DNA from: Macrostomum lignano | Lineage: Eukaryota | NCBI GenBank assembly: GCA_002269645.1 | Contig: NIVC01000449.1 | Coordinates: 248,001-312,000 of the forward strand | Reading direction: 5' to 3' | DNA: 64,000 nucleotides | Notes under the pieces: model-generated | What the model was told of the DNA's origin: nothing | Seen by the model: only the letters and a program-made list of their open reading frames with translations | The model's database searches: none | Translations under genes and position numbers: made by a program | In this document: positions 11,496 through 22,404 of the stretch, piece by piece | Layout of the letters: every line of letters begins with the position of its first letter | Numbering within the stretch: position 1 is the stretch's first letter

Positions 11496-11826
11496 CGACG
11501 CGTCGGCCGTTCAGGGACTAGCGGAATGGGCGCCCGCGCCTTCCCGCTGTGTCCCCTCCGGGACAGCCCTGCAGCTAAGTCAAGTAAGTCAAGGGTTGAA
11601 GAAGCGGCACAATGACAACCCCTGGATCCCCTTAGCTGTGTCCTGCCAATTTTCGAGCACAATATTGCCCTAAATGAATGTACCTGCATGCACACGGGAA
11701 TCGAATCAGGGCGAGGGGGTCGCGGCTCGAAAGTCGTTTACAGCTTGATATGCACTGCTCTGCCCCAACGAAAGAGCAATCTAATTCGATGAAATGAGAG
11801 AGTAGAAACGAGCAAATAAATGAGCA

Positions 11827-11973
11827 CAGTCAGTCAGTCAGTCAGTCAGTCAGTCAGTCAGTCAGTCAGTCAGTCAGTCAGTCAGTCAGTCAGTCAGTCA
11901 GTCAGTCAGTCAGTCAGTCAGTCAGTCAGTCAGTCAGTCAGTCAGTCAGTCAGTTAGTCAGTCAGTCAGTCAG
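11827..11973. repeat. (CAGT)n microsatellite
   Basis: About 36 near-perfect CAGT units. Confidence 0.97.
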
Positions 11974-13057
11974 CAGTCACCATAGACACAATCTATACCA
12001 TTGTCTGCAGGTTAATTTAACTGATTGGCAAACAAGAAGACGTAGTGAGACAGCTATGCCAACTGCCACTAAGCTGGATGGCCACCCATCCTGGGTGTAG
12101 GTTGAGAGCTAAATGTGGAATGGATGAGCATATTGAGAACTATGCAAACAGTAGTTAGGCTAATGAGCCAGCACATCTCTTCCCGCCAGAGTTTCTACAC
12201 AATGCGCTCTTATGAATAATAAAGCGATAGACACTTTTGAAGAAAATAGGAAAATTCTGCCTTTCCAGAACTTGTCTAACATGGATGGCAAACATGAATT
12301 GTTTGAAGCATTGTTGAACTAAAACTTCTCTTGCCTGCGTGTAGGCTTACAGCTATTCCCACTAGCAAACAAAAGCTGCGCAAACAGCAGATGCTGCAGG
12401 TTCTCTTCAATGCATCTTGTATTTTATTGCAGCCACTGACAAGTGACAATAATTTCGGCTTCAGAGTTTTGAGCAACCAACTGTGTCCTAGCTGAGAAGG
12501 AGGACAACCATTGCAGCGCTGTCTATGGCCAAACTAGTTGTCCTATTCCTGTCATATACCGAGTCCTCGTACTTCAACCAAGGCCATAGACAGCCTAAAA
12601 ACTGTTTTATGGCTTCGAAAAAACGAAATTGTTTTGTCTATGGCCCCAAGAGACGCCCGTCTTGAAAGTTAGGAAAAAACGTCACTTGTCACTTGTATTT
12701 CCTTTGTGAAGTCGGCCCCTTAGGGTCATCGATTGAGAAATCCGCACAAAATCTCACTGCGAATGTCTGACATTCATTTCAGTCCAGCATTTTGAGCTCA
12801 AAGTATCGAACAATATTCGAATGAAAGTCTGAAATTTCAATTTGTGGGGGCCCTGTACGGCTATTCAGAGCCATTCAAAATTATAACTGCAAAACCAACT
12901 GATCATAAATTTATTATTTGAAAACCTTATTTTTCCTTCTAAAATAAAATTATTCATTAAGTATAGCCACAAGATGTTAAGAGTTGCTTTCAGTTTGTCT
13001 ATGAAATTAGTCTTCATAATTGATGCCAATCGCTGAATCAAGGTAGTAGAGGTAAAT

Positions 13058-14305
13058 TCATCCACGCACGAAGTAGTCTCCATCGGTGCTGCTCAGACTG
13101 GCAGGCGGGTAGGCGAACCTCAGCAGGTGGCACAGGCGCTGCTGGCCAGAGAAAATCACAGCCTGGCAGTAAGCTGAGGCCTCGCACAGGATCAGGCAGT
13201 CCAGAGCTGTTTGGGCAGCGAGGCTCCAGTAGGTCGGCAGGGTTGACGAGACCGTGAGGTTAGGCATCTTCGACTGCTTGAAGCAGCTCATCTCTGAAGT
13301 TTAATTGGAAGACAATAGAAAATTAATGATATAGTTGTTGTAACTTGTATAGATGTATGGTTATAACTTAATACGAGTAATGGGGGTTGTAGTCTAGTGG
13401 TTATAGCGTCTGACTCCCGACTGAAAGGTTGGGGGTTCGATTCTCGACCTATTCGGAACAATTTGTGTCCTTGAGCAAGAAATTTAACTCCAGTTCACCC
13501 AGCTGTAAAATAGGTTGCCAAGCATTAAGCTGGGGTAATTGGAGGGTGTGTGTGGCGACCCCCAGTCCTTGGACTGAACAGCCGTACGCAGCCTTCAGAT
13601 GCGCCGCGCAATAGAGCTATAAGAAAGGCACAGCATATCAAAAGATGAACATTGGATCTGCCTCTTATTGAAAGCAATGACAATTTATGTACTGAAAAAA
13701 TGGAAACTTCCTATCTCCGTAGTGTATTCTTGTGCGAAAAGTGGCCTTCAAAACATTTTCCATAGATTTTAAGTGTTGCGTCCTTCTATTTTAGTAGTCC
13801 TTAGTGTATATGTTTCCCTGTTTGGCCGCAAGCTAAAATACTTTTACGCGCAGACTAAAGAGTACATATAGGTAAAAAATCTGTTCTCAACGCCAAGCTT
13901 ACTTGGGTAGGTCAGAGAGAACACCGAGTTGCGCCAATTTCCTCCACACATCTGACTCGAGTTTCCCAAGCAAGGACGGTTGCAATCAGTTTCATTGGAC
14001 TTTCCGTGACGACCGTAGGACCAGCCGCAGAAGCACTGTTTTTGGCCCTGCAGTCCAAAATAATTAAAGCCTCCAACGGAGCAGAAGTCACTGCAGAACT
14101 CGATAGTCATGTCCGAATTTGTAGTTTTTTCTTTGTGTACGGATTCAGCACCGATTGCAGTGATGCCTGCCAGCCCATTCAGATCCCTGTCAGACTTGTC
14201 AACAAAGCAGCCAATGTAGGAAACTCGGAGCACTCTGCCCCAGACCGCGCAGGTCAACAGGACTGCCGAGCAGGCGATGAGCAGGAATAAGCGGCTGTGG
14301 AGCAT
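13058..14305 (-). CDS. Secreted WSC-domain plus PAN/apple-domain protein, paralog 1 (exons 14305-13903 and 13293-13058)
   Basis: Signal peptide MLHSRLFLLIACSAVLLTCAVWG; WSC YIGCF...MTIEFCSDFC...YFGLQ...CFCG...C...C.GN..QMCGG.WRNSVF; donor CCA A|GTAAGC, acceptor TTCAG|AG; PAN-like exon LDCLILC...CQAVIFS...CHLL. Confidence 0.85.
13382..13625 (+). mobile_element. tRNA-derived SINE, family A (in the intron of WSC-PAN paralog 1)
   Basis: A box TAGTCTAGTGG, B box GGTTCGATTC; central GTGTCCTTGAGCAAG...CACCCAGCTGTAAA motif like conserved central SINE domains; second copy inverted at 26392-26612. Confidence 0.8.
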
Positions 14306-14989
14306 TGCTTCTGGTTCTGGCGTTTCTCGAGAAGAAATTGCTTCATCTTCTACCTCTCCTTTTATACACCTCAAAGTTGAATTCTGATGAACGGCTACTA
14401 CTAGCAGTAGCCATATTAGTCTATAGGATTTGCGATTTTTCAACCTAATGAAAGATATCTACTTGAGTAGATTGTCAACTAAAACTTAGTCAGCGAGCTG
14501 CAATTTTCTAAATCAAATACTTGGGGCGTCTTCTTTTGTCACAACCCTTAAATGTGTCTTTCATCCAGATCCACTGAAATTTGTCTTCCTGTAAATCGTT
14601 ACAAATTAAGTTTCTGATGTACTGTCCGATCTAAGACTCTGTTTTCAGAGACAAGCACAAACTTGATCGAGTTTAAAAAGGAGTCAATTCAGCCAAAAAA
14701 TTGACTCCTTTCTTTGTTGCCTCCCAAATGGGGGCAGATTGCCCCCGGTAAGTCTAAGAAAAGCAAGTCAGTTAGTGTAGTTTGCTGCGCATGTACTTTA
14801 GCAGAAATTCAACAAATTGCATTGGCTTTTTTTCATACGCACTGGACTGGCCCTGTTCATGGCAAGAGAAGTATGTGTCTCTGTATCTCAGTAACCTAAC
14901 CAGTTCACTGTGGATAAAAGCCTCACTAAAAAGGTGGTCTGGCTATGTCATCCTATCTAGTGCAGGTAGTTTTAGCAAGGCATTACCTT

Positions 14990-15515
14990 GATAAGCCAAG
15001 GATTACTGCACTTGAAAAACCAAGGATTATTGCACTTTATGAGTAAATGATCATTGCACTAGATGAGAAGAGGATTATTGCGCTAGCTGAGACATGGTTT
15101 ATTGCACAACCTGAAAAAGCGATTATTGCATTAGCTGAGAAAATATTTGCATTAGCTACTTGCTGTCGGGTGGATGCTTGCTATCTGAGGGGATGCTTGC
15201 TATCTGCGGTTGATTACTCTTGGAGGGGGGATACTTGCTATCTGGGGGATGCTTGCTATCTGCGGTTGATTACTCTTGGAGGGGGGGGTGCTTGCTATTT
15301 GGGGGATGCTTGCTGTCTTGGGGATATTTTCTATTTAGGGGAATGTCTGCTATCTTTGAGAAAGCTTTATTTTGTCGTCTTTGTTAATGTTAGTAAAAAA
15401 GAGATTCATAGCAAACATCTGGAAAGATGCTTGCTATCTGGGGGATGCTTGCTATCTGGGGGATGCTTGCTATCTGGGAGGATGCTTGCTATCTGGGGGA
15501 TGCTTGCTATCTGGG
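14990..15515 (+). mobile_element. Partial non-autonomous Helitron-family copy with internal 18-bp GGATGCTTGCTATCTGGG array
   Basis: Homologous to 48150-48720 and 49480-50060 (ATAAGCCAAGGATTA..TGCAC, GGTTTATTGCACAACC, GATGCTTGCTATCT arrays). Confidence 0.65.
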
Positions 15516-15517
15516 AG

Positions 15518-15718
15518 AGTCTCTTGGTGGGCGCCCCTGTCTCTTGGTGGGCGCCCCTGTCTTTTTGTGGGTGACCCTGTCTCTTGGTGGGCGCCCCTGT
15601 CTTTTTGTGGTCGCCCCTGTCTTTTTGTGGGCGCCCCTGTCTCTTGGTGGGCGCCCCTGTCACTTGGTGGGCGCCCCTGTCTCTTTGTGGTCGCCCCTGT
15701 CTCTTAATTGGCGCCCAT
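15518..15718. repeat. 20-bp minisatellite (CTCTTGGTGGGCGCCCCTGT)n
   Basis: About 10 tandem units. Confidence 0.93.
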
Positions 15719-16533
15719 ACCCATAATCTCCTGGATAGGTGGATGCCATGTCAAAGATGTGGCAAAAGTTGAGTTCCTGCATTGTTTCAGTTTAGTTATC
15801 TCTTTCATTTAGTTTTTAAAGTAGCGCAGAGTTGTTGTGGTGGCAGTGATGAGGCTGCCCCAAATTCGGTAAGTGACTCCAGCCAGTGCTGTAAAAGCTT
15901 TGGAAATTGTGCTACACAGTTCTGCTTTGTGTGATGCATTTTCTTCATTTAGGAAAACCGATGAGTTGTTCGAGCTGAAGCGACTGTTTGATGAAGGAGA
16001 TTTGGCTGGTCTGAGGAAGGCGGCAACTCGATTCAACTGCGACATTCCCAATCTAATGGGCCGCACCCTGCTGTTCTCTGCAGCACAGAGCGATGCTCCA
16101 ATTGACATACAGACTTAGAAGCTACTTCTGAATCTGGGAGACCCCACTGTAATGGGCAGCATCAAAGAAGGCAGTCTGGTGCACTATGCAGCTGGATACG
16201 GGAGCCTCCGCCAACGCAAGAAGTCCTAAAACCGAATGCACGGCCCTCATGCAGCTGGTGGACAGACGGTTGGCTGCACTCGAATTACTGGGATTCTGCG
16301 CTGGACATCGTCAGGGACAACGAAAAAGCCTCCACTGACTCCTGAGCACAACCAAGCGCGTCAATGCTGTCCGCAGGCACGGCACTCATACACACACTCA
16401 CACAGGGTGTACAGCAACACAGACTTTCTAATAATCGACCCGGGATCATGGCGCAAGAATCAGACGCGTTCAGCGGTTTAAGTTTATCCCTTTAATTTGC
16501 TTTGACCCAATTTGAACTGCTGAATTTTATCAT

Positions 16534-16790
16534 GATGTACCAGCGGCTCAGGGTCGATTCCAATCGCAAGTCAGGGGCTAAACTTAAATCTTGACTTGGG
16601 TCTGCTCATGCAATTAAGGGCTTTAAGGGTCAACCCCCAAGGCACAGTGAAGTATACATGCCTAGCGATAAATTGAATCACTGTGTGTGTGCCCGTGCGT
16701 ATGACTGCGTAACGTACCCGCGCGATTGTGTGCCTCCTCATGGGAGTCGGCGGAATCGGCAGTAATGCCTCTCGCCGGTTGTGTGACAAT
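16534..16790 (+). mobile_element. tRNA-derived SINE, family B, 5'-truncated copy
   Basis: Aligns with 17444-17729 and 35991-36375 (GATGTACCAGCGG..CGATTCC, CAGTGAAGT.TACATGCCTAGCGATAAA, GGCAGTAATGCC). Confidence 0.8.
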
Positions 16791-17443
16791 TATGTACGAA
16801 ACATGCATGTGCGATTTAAATACAATACATACAGTAAAATCTTGCCTCCAACAGCCTTATGTACTTTTTTGCAAGTCCGACTACGCTATCAAGAAGTACT
16901 TTAATGAGCCGCTTGATCCATCGTAAGTGTTTTATTAAATCGACGATTGATTCAAGTATTATAGATCAGAAAAAATACATATCAGCGCTTTGCATTCGAT
17001 TTTCAGTCCCGGCTGTCCGACATTCATAGAGAAGTGGGACTCAATCCGCGTTCTGAGTAAAGGCAGCTTCGCTATCGTCACTGAGGTGCTCACCGACAAG
17101 AACCTCAGGTGTGCTGCAAAAGCGGTCAAACTTCCTGTGGGGCAGCATGCAGTGGCCGAGCGGCAACGTGGACTCCGCTAACTCCCAAATCAACAGAGCC
17201 ATTGAAGCCCAGTCACCCTTGCTTCACCTGCGGGACAAGAACATTGTGAAAATGTTGCATCTAGCTCAGATTATGGAGCTGCTGGGCGGCCGCACCCTGG
17301 AGGCGTTTATTGATGAGAAGCCTCTTAAAGAGGCTGTCATACAGAAGTTCTGCAAGCAGGTAAGAGCTTGAGCAGTACATGGAGCTGTTTTGAATTGAAA
17401 ATTAAAACCGTAACTCAACTGCACTCATCTGCACCTGAGGAGA

Positions 17444-17729
17444 GGCCGTAGCCCAGCGGTCTAGCGCGCCGCTCTGATGTACCAGCGGCCCAGGCTCGAT
17501 TCCAAGTGCAGTCACATTACTTTAGGGCTAAACTTAAATCTCGGCTTTTCTCTGCTCGTGCAATTAACGGCCTTGATGGCCAACCCCCAAGTCACAGTGA
17601 GGTGTACATGCCTAGCGATAAATAAAGTCAGGGCCGCTGTACACACCTGTGTGAGTGTAAACCTGTGCGTATGACTGTAATGCCTCTCGCCGGTTGTGTT
17701 GTGACAATGTCGCTTACTCAAAGTGCGCC
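17444..17729 (+). mobile_element. tRNA-derived SINE, family B
   Basis: Head GGCCGTAGCCCAGCGGTCTAGCG (A box) and GGCTCGATTCC (B box); body shared with two other copies. Confidence 0.8.
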
Positions 17730-18264
17730 CTCCTGGACGCTTCCAGAGCTGCTGCAGGCGAGCGGTGCGCCGCCACTGCCCGATGGCTGCTCAAGGGATC
17801 TGCGACGATTCTACGGGTGCTGTACGAAGAGAAACGTCGGCGAGAGGGTGCCGGCGAAGGAGCTGCTGGAGCACGATTTTCTGGCCAAATCGTCTTCTGG
17901 ATCCAAGTGCTTGCTGATGTAGCCGCTTCAAGGCCTTGGATAAATGGCTTGCTGAGAGACTTTGTCAGCAGATCTGGCGGACTTCTTGAGACGCAAAGCT
18001 GGTGAACTAGCCACTGGTTTGTCGCCGGATTTAACAGTTTCTGTAGTTACGAGTGTTTAGATTTCTGTCAGCTTCAGTTCAGTAAGTCGCTTTGTTATAC
18101 GTCTTTATGAATGTGTATCTGCACTAATATGCTAATCAGAAGTAGTTTGATTCCATTAGCGAAATAGATTTCGGTTAATTTCGGCAGTTTTTTCATTTTA
18201 GCTGCTTTGCTGAAAAAAATTGTAGAAATTTTACCTTAAATTCAATTAGTTTCGTGTATTTTAA

Positions 18265-18715
18265 AGCGGCTGAAAGCGTCAGCAACCCAGAATATGGAAC
18301 AGTGTGTTCCGCTGTTAAATACGACCGGAACCAAGGTGAACAGATAAAACTTTAATCCGGGATTCTTGTACTTTCAATGCAAAAAATGCAACAAGTTATA
18401 TGTGATCGATACTGTCTAAAAGCTAATATGAGATGAATGGTAATCTTATGGCAACTTTGCATTCTCTTGTCGTTGATCCGCCATCAGACGCATTGATGAT
18501 TGACACTGGCATTCTGCCATGGTGAGGGAAGTCGCTAATGGATTTTATGGTGGATGGACAAAGCTAAGAATTCTTTGGTGAGACGCAGAGAGTTGGAATT
18601 TTCATCGATTCTGCCCTCATTGCGGCTCCAAAAGAGGAATCTGTCGACAGCAAAAGTGAAGCTCTGGTGCACTGTTCCTCATTTCGGGACTAATTATCCA
18701 TAGTTTAGATCCCCT
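18265..18715. mobile_element. Possible Kolobok-type non-autonomous element
   Basis: TTAA flanks both ends (18261-18264 and 18716-18719); weak terminal inverted similarity AGCGGCTGAAAGC vs AGGGGATCTAAAC. Confidence 0.3.
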
Positions 18716-19597
18716 TTAAGCCAGAAAAAATGCTTGATAAGTCTATATAAAAAGATTTTTAACGATTCAGTACGAGCGTACTGACTCGATTCGATAACTC
18801 GATATTTCAAAAAAATCCTTAAAATCGCAAAAATTTACGTCTTTCTGTTGTCATTGCAATCCAAAATTTGTTGTGATACAAACAATCTGTAGAGCGCTCG
18901 ATAGATTTAAGTGTTTTTAATCTTATTATAACAAAACCGCAACTCAGTACCTTGTACAATGTAAACATCCTATATTGTGACAAACCTAAGTATGCTCGTA
19001 GAGAGCTATGTTCTTCCATTATTACTTCTGCAGCCTTTAATGATTCAAGTAGTAACTATCGAGGATTGTTTTTAATCAATAAACCAAAATACATCGAAAC
19101 AGATGCCTCTAGTTAAACAAATTTGCTTAATTACTCGTTTTTACTACTTACTTGTCTCGGTATTTGCTGTCACAATTTTTATTTGTAACTGTTAATTTTT
19201 TCTTCTAGCCACATGAAAAACATGTTAGCAACGAGAGCAAATAGAATTGTAGTGATTTTGTTTAAAATACACTTCTAAAATTTATGATGTACAAAAAAAA
19301 CTAAAAAAAACCCGTATGAAAGCGCAAGTCTTCGTATCTCGATGGTATTTTTTTGTGGGTCGTAGTTCTACAAACTCGAATATAGTTCATAATAAAAACG
19401 TTATTTTAATTATCAAGCTTAGTAATATATTAATTGGCTGCAATGGTCAAACCAACTTTCAAGTAAAAATTTTTCAAACAAAACTCTTAGTAACTTAAAA
19501 AAATGGTTTCCAAAAGGTATTTTCAGTAAGATTTTACTGTTCTTGGCTTTAAAGGTTTTAGGCTCCAAGTTCCAGTTATCCAGTCCAGGTGTGCAAA

Positions 19598-20686
19598 TCA
19601 ATTGCCGCAGTACTGGTTTAGTTCGACAATCTCATCGGCAGTGAGAGCGGCATTGGCAACGGCGTAGCAGATGTAGCGACCTTTGAGAGCGGCGCTGGAG
19701 GCGGCATTGTGGCCGAGACGGAGGCACTGCAGGTCGCCGTTGTAGGCATGGTTCAAGTCCCCGCTATTGGCCACCGCGGAGCCGTTGAAGTAAAGCGCCG
19801 ACAAGTTGACGCCAGTGAAGACGGCAGCGGCTGCAACACCTTGGACGATGTTGGCCTGGTTCAACAGCTCGGCGGTTGAATCGACAGTCTCCGTTTGATC
19901 CAGCAGGACAGCTTTCTCCGGAAATGAGTGGCTGATGTGCAACTTGCCGACGCGATCGCAGAACTCAGCTCGAAGATTGCCGCTGCAGTCGTGAAACAGG
20001 TGATAATTCTGCTGGTTCCAAGTCTGCCTAACCAGCTTTACAAAGAAGGTGAAGTTACAAGACGAATTCAAGTAAGTTGTAGCCAGACTGAATCGATCGG
20101 TGTCAATCTCGATGTAGTCCGAGTTTGTTCCCGGAAAATGGGCTCCCTGATTATCTCGGGTGATGGAGCCGTAGGGGGTGGCCGCATACTTGGACGGGTT
20201 GGCCAGGTTGGTGTAACCCTGTCGAAAATCGATCAAAATCACCAACTTCGCAGCGGTTGAAGCGGTAAGTCCAGGAATCGTCAGGGGAGCGGCTGTTGTA
20301 GTCGGAAGGTCGGTTGGTTCGGCCATAAGCGAATCTCTGATGGCGGGAGAGACGTAGCTCACGCATCCATCCGAGTCGGAGGTGCTCAGCGTATTCCAGA
20401 GCGTGCTCAGCTGATCTAGATTGCCCAGGTAGCATTTCGACAGCGCTGCGGAGTAATGAATGCCGGCACAGGCAGACGAGCGGGCGCATTGGGCTGCACA
20501 GCCGGCTAAGTCTTTAGCGGAGTTGTCCGGGCTCAGTGTAGCAAGGTTCGTGACCGATGGACATTTTCGAACGGAAAGCAAAACCGACTTGCTCTCAGCA
20601 GTTCCGTTTGCTTCTGGAAGGACAGCTGCCAACAGAAGAACAAACTGAAAAGTCGTATAAAAGACCGGTCGGTACAGTCGAGACAT
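19598..20686 (-). CDS. Secreted PAN/apple plus Thr-rich linker plus LamG/ConA-like lectin domain protein, single coding exon
   Basis: Signal peptide MSRLYRPVFYTTFQFVLLLAAVLPEANG; PAN-like AGCAAQCARSSACAGIHYS...CYLG; LamG-like GAHFPG...NFTFFVKL...LYFNGSAV...LRLGH...LKGRYICYAV.N.ALT.DEI. TATAAA at 20748-20743 and a pyrimidine tract with TAG just upstream of the ATG. Confidence 0.78.
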   Translation of the reverse strand: MSRLYRPVFYTTFQFVLLLAAVLPEANGTAESKSVLLSVRKCPSVTNLATLSPDNSAKDLAGCAAQCARSSACAGIHYSAALSKCYLGNLDQLSTLWNTLSTSDSDGCVSYVSPAIRDSLMAEPTDLPTTTAAPLTIPGLTASTAAKLVILIDFRQGYTNLANPSKYAATPYGSITRDNQGAHFPGTNSDYIEIDTDRFSLATTYLNSSCNFTFFVKLVRQTWNQQNYHLFHDCSGNLRAEFCDRVGKLHISHSFPEKAVLLDQTETVDSTAELLNQANIVQGVAAAAVFTGVNLSALYFNGSAVANSGDLNHAYNGDLQCLRLGHNAASSAALKGRYICYAVANAALTADEIVELNQYCGN

Positions 20687-21469
20687 TTGTGTCAAACTAA
20701 AAGAGAGAAGTGAAGCGCAGAAGAAGAGCCCGCAGCGTTTGCTTTATAACGACTAGAGGGGGCACTTGGAAGCTACGGACTCATGTAGTGGAATTGTCAG
20801 AAACTTGTCAAAATTTTTAGCTACACGCCTGGAAAAAATCTACAAGTGTAGTCAGCTGCTGTTGGCCTCATCATTAATGTAGAGCCTTGGAAGCTCTCAA
20901 AACTTTCCAGACACCTTTTTGCAGCATTGTATTCGTAGGCCATAACTAAGAGTATACTCAGCCAGTCTCAAGCAAGGTCGCTGCAATGCTGCCTTGCAGC
21001 TGATGAGGGCCTCAATGGCGCCGCTGCCAATACGTGAATTTGGGGATTTCTTTTGCGAAAGACCCGCGAAAGACTGTATAATTGCTGCGCAAGCAGCGGA
21101 ATTGTTCTCCCAGGGCTGGCTTAAACCCTCCGTTGCCTATTTAGAGTGCCAGCTATAGTCACGAAGTTCTCTGCATAAAGAAGGCAGCTCTGGGGGAAAA
21201 TTCCATGCCTAACTCATCGTTTGAACCGCGACTAAGTTGTCTCACCAGGTGAAAAGTAACGGTGCAATTGTTATGTCTTTGAAAACGTTTGATGGTTCTC
21301 AGGTTTTCCGAAAAAACACTACTCTTGATTGAGATTTAAACTACGAAAGCTTTATACTGGAGGCCGGTCAAATGCCATTATTAATGTAGCTATAACGATG
21401 TCGTAGTACTTTCCGGTCTTTTTGGCTACGGGTTCATCAATAAATTTCAGTGTCGCAATGGAAACTCGA

Positions 21470-22210
21470 GCTCGTCGCTGATCTTGAAGGCGGCGCGCAG
21501 CAGGCCAGCGTGTCCCGCGTCTACTTGTAGTTCGAGCGAGTGCGTCAGCGTCCAGATCTCAGCTTCGTACAGCAGGACGGTCTCGACCACTGCCTGGAAC
21601 AACGCTGCCCTCTGGCGATCAGGTGTAGGGCCTCGGACTGCAGGACTGGCTTTAAAGAACGAAAGGCAGCCCGCGACGATGTTGCAGATCCTCGAGGACG
21701 CCGGGAACCAGACCGCAGAGGTAGATGAACTGCTGGTAACGTCGAAGCTCCGTCGCCTGTTTCATCTGCACCTCGGCACAAAATTGCAGCCTTGATTTAT
21801 TCCGACACGCCAGGCAGCTTGACCACCAGGCCGACACTCACCGCAACAGCAACTAGCTTGTCCAGTTGTTGCTGGGCGACCTCGACAGTTGAGGAAAGCA
21901 GGACGAGATTTTCGGCGTAGCCAGGCACGCGTCGCCGCAGCAGAATGCCGTCGTCGTTGGTAGTATAAGCAATCAACAGCACCCATTCAAGCACCAGAAC
22001 GAGTCGGATCTCCCTGAAGCTGGAGATGCCTGTTAGGCCGATTGGTATCGAAACAGCCGGTTTCATATTACGGCACATTGTCATGATGGCGGAGACAAGC
22101 TGCTCAAGCTGCTTTGGCACGTTGTAGCCCACGGAACACTTTTGGCAGCATAAATCTGACGACCAAGTCGAATGCCTTCTTCAAATGCTTCAATTCTTTA
22201 ATATGTTTTA
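21470..22210 (-). mobile_element. Degenerate RTE-clade LINE reverse transcriptase fragment
   Basis: LKKAFDLV, RGYNVP.QL..AIM, YAENLVLLSSTVEVAQQQLDKL (decayed YADD), QQFIYL, LFQAVVETVLLYEAEIWTLT across shifted frames. Confidence 0.75.
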
Positions 22211-22404
22211 TTGTCATAACAGTACTACTGCAAGTACTGCAAAGAGGTTTGGATCCCAATCCATTTCCCAATGCTCTGACATTTTTTGTGCCGGAATGGA
22301 GCAACCCAGGAACACGAAGTTCAGGAAAACGGGCTTGCTTTTTGTTGCACATCTTCTCAAACACGATTTGAATCACCAGCCATGCAGTACGTCAATCAGC
22401 AATG

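Larger units (their letters stand above)
1..11593 (+). mobile_element. Non-LTR retrotransposon (LINE) with RNase H, LOA/I-group-like; 5' end lies outside the window; interrupted by a BEL/Pao element
   Basis: ORF1 followed by ORF2 with APE endonuclease, RT (VFIPKPGK, RPISLTS, QHAFRTGRST after removing the insertion, PQGGVLTP, YADD), RNase H and C-terminal CCHC. Ends in a short tandem tail TAAGTCAAG x2 at 11576-11593. Confidence 0.93.
15950..17922 (+). pseudogene. Ankyrin-repeat plus Ser/Thr protein kinase pseudogene (catalytic loop region not found)
   Basis: Ankyrin-like MGRTLLFSAAQ, SLVHYAAGYG, TALMQLV with in-frame stops (16116, 16228); kinase subdomains I-V (LSKGSFAIV, AAKAVKL, NIVKML, IMELLGG) and XI (DLRRFYGCCTKRNVGERVPAKELLEHDFL); splice sites retained. 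Confidence 0.7.

Noticed and set aside
12030-12480. Possible decayed coding segment (GPCR-like) on the minus strand
   Set aside because: Many stops and no convincing motif.
12660-12722. Harbinger-like terminus (reverse complement GGGGCCGACTTCACAAAG, followed by TTA)
   Set aside because: No partner TIR found, so the element cannot be delimited.
13382-13452. tRNA gene
   Set aside because: Has A and B boxes but no closing acceptor stem; it continues into a SINE body with a second copy elsewhere.
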